Part shown: positions 9,076-12,801 of the stretch, one piece after another
Layout: each line of letters starts with the position of its first letter
Numbering within the stretch: position 1 is the stretch's first letter
Assembly (NCBI GenBank): GCA_043228905.1
Contig: JBHGNT010001033.1
Coordinates: 1 to 12,801, forward strand
From: Azolla caroliniana
Lineage: Eukaryota; Plantae; Polypodiophyta
Reading direction: 5' to 3'
DNA length: 12,801 nucleotides
The notes under the pieces: generated by a model
Told to the model about the DNA's origin: nothing
Database searches by the model: none
The model's input: only the letters and a program-made list of their open reading frames with translations
Made by a program: the position numbers and the translations under genes

Positions 9076-9643
9076 TGTCACGTTGTTACGCGCGTGCGTG
9101 TAGAAGGGGCGGGACCACGGGGGTCTCGGACTAGGGAGTAGAGGAGAAAGAATAAGATATGAGAAATGGAAGCTTAACACTGGATGAGAAGATGAAGAGT
9201 AGCACATAAGCATAGACCAAAATAGATGGAAGCAAGATCCACTACAAGATATATTAAAACGAACGAATGATTACAACAATGGTGGCCGCATGGGCCGCAC
9301 CAAACGACTATGAGAAAACCCTAACCGAAAATGAATAAGGAAAACCCTAAACGAAACCCTAACCGAAAATGAATAAGGAAAACCCTAAACGAAACCCTAA
9401 CCCTAAAACGGTAAGAACTCTAGACTAAGTGGTATACCTCTCATACGCAAAATAGGCAACCCCTTCATAAGTGACCCCTCCCTTCCTTTTATAGCCCAAG
9501 GAGGGAGGGACCTTACAATGTGGGATAGAATTTCCCCTCTTATTTCTATACACCATTTCCTAGTATACATGTGCACATGGTGCACACCACCGATTTGCCT
9601 ATTCCACCCCGGTTTCCGCCTATGGACGAAAATCTTCACGACA
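9076..9643 (-). repeat. 5' LTR of element B (568 bp)
   Basis: Minus strand TGTCG...TGACA; adjacent PBS; TATAAAA at 9493-9487; both ends homologous to LTR 10335-11032. Confidence 0.88.
9316..9408. repeat. 38-bp tandem repeat (2 full copies + partial) containing five AAACCCTAA telo-boxes
   Basis: AAACCCTAACCGAAAATGAATAAGGAAAACCCTAAACG at 9316 and 9354, partial copy at 9392. Confidence 0.92.
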
Positions 9644-10258
9644 ACGTGCGGAGGCCAAGTCAAGAACTAGCCATGACTGCTACCTTATGCCTTATGGGCA
9701 GACCGAACTACACATAGTTTGGTAATCGGGTTCATGCCGGCAGAGCTTATGTACGGACAGAAGCCGATCATGCCAACGGAGCGGACGATCTCCTCATGGG
9801 CCACGCTGGACTAGAGAGATGAGATGAGCCAAGAGGAGCTGCTGGCGGCATGGATTCGACAACTCGAGTGGAGGCCGGAGGACATGGAACGAGCCGCGGA
9901 GAAGCTTCAGTTGGCAAGGTTGAAGAACAAAGGGCGGTTTGACCGGACTCACCGACTGCGACCGAAGAAAATCAAGGAAGGCAACTAGGTCCTAGTGTAT
10001 GACAGCAGCCTCAACAACCAGCACAGGGCAACGCGGAAGTTTGCAAGGAGGTGGTTCGAGCCTTACGTGGTGGCAGGCGCCAATGACAACGGGACCTACC
10101 ATCTTGCGGAGCTCGACAGCACGAGGATGGCAATACCAGTAGCGGGGAAGAGGGTCAAAGCGTTTAAGAAATGACACGAGTGCGAGCCAGATCTGGAAAG
10201 CATGGACGGCGACGACGGGCGGTCCGAGGCGGATGTCGATCCGGAAGACGAGGAGTAA
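9644..10258 (+). pseudogene. Integrase C-terminal fragment of element C (5 premature stops; not in the ORF track)
   Basis: Manual translation: KN*P*LLPYALWADRTTHS..GFMPAELMYGQKP...KEGN*VLVYD...KFARRWFEPYVV....DNGTYHLAELD...VAGKRVK, acidic tail, TAA at 10256-10258. Confidence 0.88.
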
Positions 10259-10321
10259 AAGCATGGACCAATTTTCTCCAGCAAGAGCCCAATTTTGGCG
10301 CATACCGGTGGATGCGTGGTT

Positions 10322-10334
10322 AGGTGGGGGTGGA
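10322..10334 (+). other. Polypurine tract of element C
   Basis: AGGTGGGGGTGGA immediately before TGTCATG. Confidence 0.8.
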
Positions 10335-11032
10335 TGTCATGAAGAAAACCGTCCCTAGGCGGAAACCGAGTTTAGCGTGTGTAAACCGGCCCTTACACGC
10401 GAGCACACTTTTTGTTGTATAGTAAGTAGGTAGGTACAAGTCGGTTGAGGTGAAATCCTAGGTAGCACACATTCAATAGGGAGCGAATCGAGGTGTATCT
10501 CTGTCCGAAAGGACAGAGAATTGATATGATGTAACGGATGATAACGGCCTCCCTCCTTGGGCTATAAAAGAGAGGGAGAGGAATGGGGGAAGGGATCGCG
10601 CGTTAGAGAGGACGAAGTGCTGCCGGACTGGGACCGAGCCCTTCTCCTCTACCACTCTCCATAGCCATTTTTGCGTAGGGTTTTCGGGAGGTTGACTCTG
10701 CTCCGTGGAAAGCCCGTGTGCTTCCGGTAGAGTCTCCATCTCGCTCTTCTGTGTGTGTGAGTGAACAGGCATCGGTGTTCGCCTTACCGGCCTGTTAGTT
10801 GTAACCGTCTCGATATACATATATATATTAATATACATACGCGTTCATATACTCGAACTTCTAGTCGTCTCGTGTTGCTATGTCATTGGACTGTGATTCC
10901 TGTGTGCTCCCGTGTCTGTGCGTGTGCAAGTGCGTCTGTTGCCTTTCCACTCTCCTCCTTCTCAGTTATTTCTCGGTCCAAGTCCCCGGTGGTCCTGCCT
11001 CGTTCCCCACGCACGCACGTAACAACGCGACA
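10335..11032 (+). repeat. 3' LTR of element C (698 bp)
   Basis: TGTCA...CGACA termini; TATAAAA at 10563-10569; start TGTCATGAAG...TAGGCGGAAACCG and end ...CACGCACGCACGTAACAACGCGACA match the B LTR ends. Confidence 0.88.
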
Positions 11033-12271
11033 ACGTGAAGACAGACACTTTCGCTCAAGCCATCCTAGCACAAATTGATCCCTCTCGGGCATTTTGTTCA
11101 CAATTGCAACAACTAGTTACAGACTATCGACAATTCGAATGTCATGATGGATTACTATTCTTTAAGAAACTCTTGTATGTTCCTAATGGTTCTTGTCGCC
11201 TTCGAGTAGTCCAAAATTGTCATGACACATATACAACGGGGAATTTCGGTAGTACTAAAACGTTGGATTTTGTACAACGATCATTCTGGTGGCCTCATAT
11301 GCGATGATTTGTCGAGGACTATGTTCGGACATGTGATACATGTTGAAGGGCAAAGATGCCAAGACATCATCCATATGGTTTATTGGAACCATTACCAATT
11401 CCAAGCAAGCCATGGTAATCCATTTCTCTAGAATTCATCACAGATCTTCTAGTTTCAAAGGGATTCGATGCGATCTTAATAGTAGTAGATTGATATACGA
11501 AGATGGCACATTTTCTGCCTTGTACTAAGGAAATCACTAGTGAAGAAACTGCCGAAACTGTCATGCGTGAGGTATGTCGGCATCATGGCCTCCCCGATAG
11601 TATCATTAGCGACCGTGGACCCCAATTCGTCTCAAAATTCTAGAAGTATCTCTTCAAAATGCTCAAGGTCACTTGTAACCTCTCCTCCGACTACCACCCG
11701 CAAATAGATGGACAAGCAAAACGAACAAATCAAACACTGGAACAATATCGTCGGTGTTTTCTAAGCTATCAACAAGATGACTAGGCGGATATTCTCCACT
11801 TTGTCGAATTTGCGTATAATAACTCTGTCCACTCATCAACTAGGTTTACACCATTTTATGCTTATACAGGCTATCATCCTTGGTGGTATGTATTCAAAAC
11901 TCCGGAGTTACCCACAAATCCTTGTGCAGAGAATCGTTTGGAGTGGCTACACAAGATACATGCAGACTTATCTACTCATTTACAACAAGCTCAACAAACA
12001 CAGAAGGATTATGCGGATCGTCATCGGTTTCCATTCAGTTTTAACATTGGAGATCGGGTATGGCTATTACGACAACACATCAAGACTACTCGCCCATGCG
12101 ATAAATTGGGCTATCAACGATTAGGTCCTTTCCGTATTATCGAAAAAATTAATGATGGCGCTTTTCGTCTCGATCTACCTCCGCAACTACGGATACATCC
12201 GGTTTTTCATAGTTCTCTTCTTGAACCGTATCGAGACAATACTATTCTGAATCGTATTACACCACCTCCAC
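11033..12271 (+). pseudogene. Element A2: decayed integrase fragment of a chromovirus related to A1
   Basis: Same length and frame as A1 578-1816 (reverse complement, 1,239 bp); six stops; conserved residues changed (GH>GN, LDF>LEF, AER>AKR). Confidence 0.95.
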
Positions 12272-12801
12272 TAGCAATGGGCCCGGTTTTGGTTCGAACC
12301 GAACCGAACCGATAAACCGTTGCTTAACGGTTTATAGGTTCGAAGATAAATAAATGATTTGGTTTGGTTTCAAATGTTACTAATCGGTCTCGGTTCAATT
12401 CGGTTCGGTTTTGAATTTTCTGGTTTAGCAGTTTATCAACTTATCGGTTTCTATTTATGTGGTTCGGTTTAAAGGTTTATAGGTTAAAAAATACTCATAA
12501 ATTTCCCCTATAGGCTCTAACTTTCAACTTTTAATTTTAAACTTTAGTTTAAATTATTAAATTTTATATGCATTATATGTAGAGTCTCCTTTTCATTTAT
12601 AATGATCAAATATGATAAATATGATAATCAAATTTATGATAAGTGTAATGATCAAATTTATGATCAATATGATGACAAAATTTATGATAAGTATAATGAA
12701 TAAATTTATAATGATTTTCTCACACAAATTTATGATAAGTATGATGATTAACATCAATCAAAAATGGTTTGGTTTGGTTTGGTTTTGATTTATGATAAAC
12801 T
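12272..12801. mobile_element. Probable end of a non-autonomous DNA transposon (hAT-like MITE)
   Basis: A2 homology stops abruptly. TAGCAATGGGC resembles plant hAT-like termini (TAGGSMTGGGC) and is followed by dense AACCG/CGGTT motifs and AT-rich non-coding DNA. The other end is not visible. Confidence 0.5.
12598..12800. repeat. Degenerate AT-rich tandem repeat (core AAATTTATGATAAGT)
   Basis: Several imperfect copies of AAATTTATGAT(A/C)A interspersed with ATGAT units; GGTTT run near 12766-12786. Confidence 0.7.

Larger units (their letters stand above)
5541..9643 (-). mobile_element. Element B: 5' portion of a tRNA-Trp-primed LTR retrotransposon (probably non-chromovirus Ty3/Gypsy), interrupted at 5540/5541 by A1
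   Basis: LTR 9076-9643, PBS 9054-9071, gag-like ORF starting at 9038; LTR termini homologous to those of Gypsy element C. Confidence 0.88.
9644..11032 (+). mobile_element. Element C: 3' end of a non-chromovirus Ty3/Gypsy LTR retrotransposon
   Basis: Decayed integrase C-terminus without chromodomain, then PPT, then a 698-bp LTR. Confidence 0.88.

Noticed and set aside
9316-9408. Telomere/interstitial telomeric array or CRISPR array
   Set aside because: Telomere-like motifs are embedded in a 38-bp unit inside an LTR; no unique spacers and no cas genes.
9403-11101. Short ORFs 9403-9663, 9992-10303, 10096-10284, 10473-10838, 10761-11078, 10883-11101 as accessory or env-like genes
   Set aside because: They lie in LTRs, cross element junctions or are antisense to the integrase remnant; no supporting motifs.
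1-12801. Prokaryotic RT system (retron, DGR, group II intron) or endogenous retrovirus
   Set aside because: The RT lies in a PR-RT-RH-INT-chromodomain polyprotein between LTRs, with no env gene and no bacterial gene context.

Overview
Eukaryotic, most likely land-plant (moss-like) heterochromatic DNA made entirely of transposable elements, with no host genes. It is a four-layer nest of Ty3/Gypsy LTR retrotransposons plus one end of a probable DNA transposon. (A1) 1-5540, minus strand: a young, almost complete chromovirus (Tcn1/Tf1-sushi-like) with ~99% identical 420-bp LTRs, gag, and PR-RT-RH-INT-chromodomain pol, inactivated only by four nonsense codons. It has a Tf1-type self-priming PBS and a -1 frameshift signal (G_UUA_AAC + stem-loop). 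(B) 5541-9643, minus strand: the 5' part of a tRNA-Trp-primed element with a >1,160-codon gag-plus-repeats reading frame and a telo-box-rich LTR; A1 inserted into it. (C) 9644-11032, plus strand: the 3' end (integrase tail, PPT, LTR) of a non-chromovirus whose LTR is related to B's; B inserted into it. (A2) 11033-12271, plus strand: an older decayed relative of A1; C inserted into it, and it is cut on the right by a probable hAT-like non-autonomous DNA transposon (12272 to window end). All calls were made by eye without database searches.
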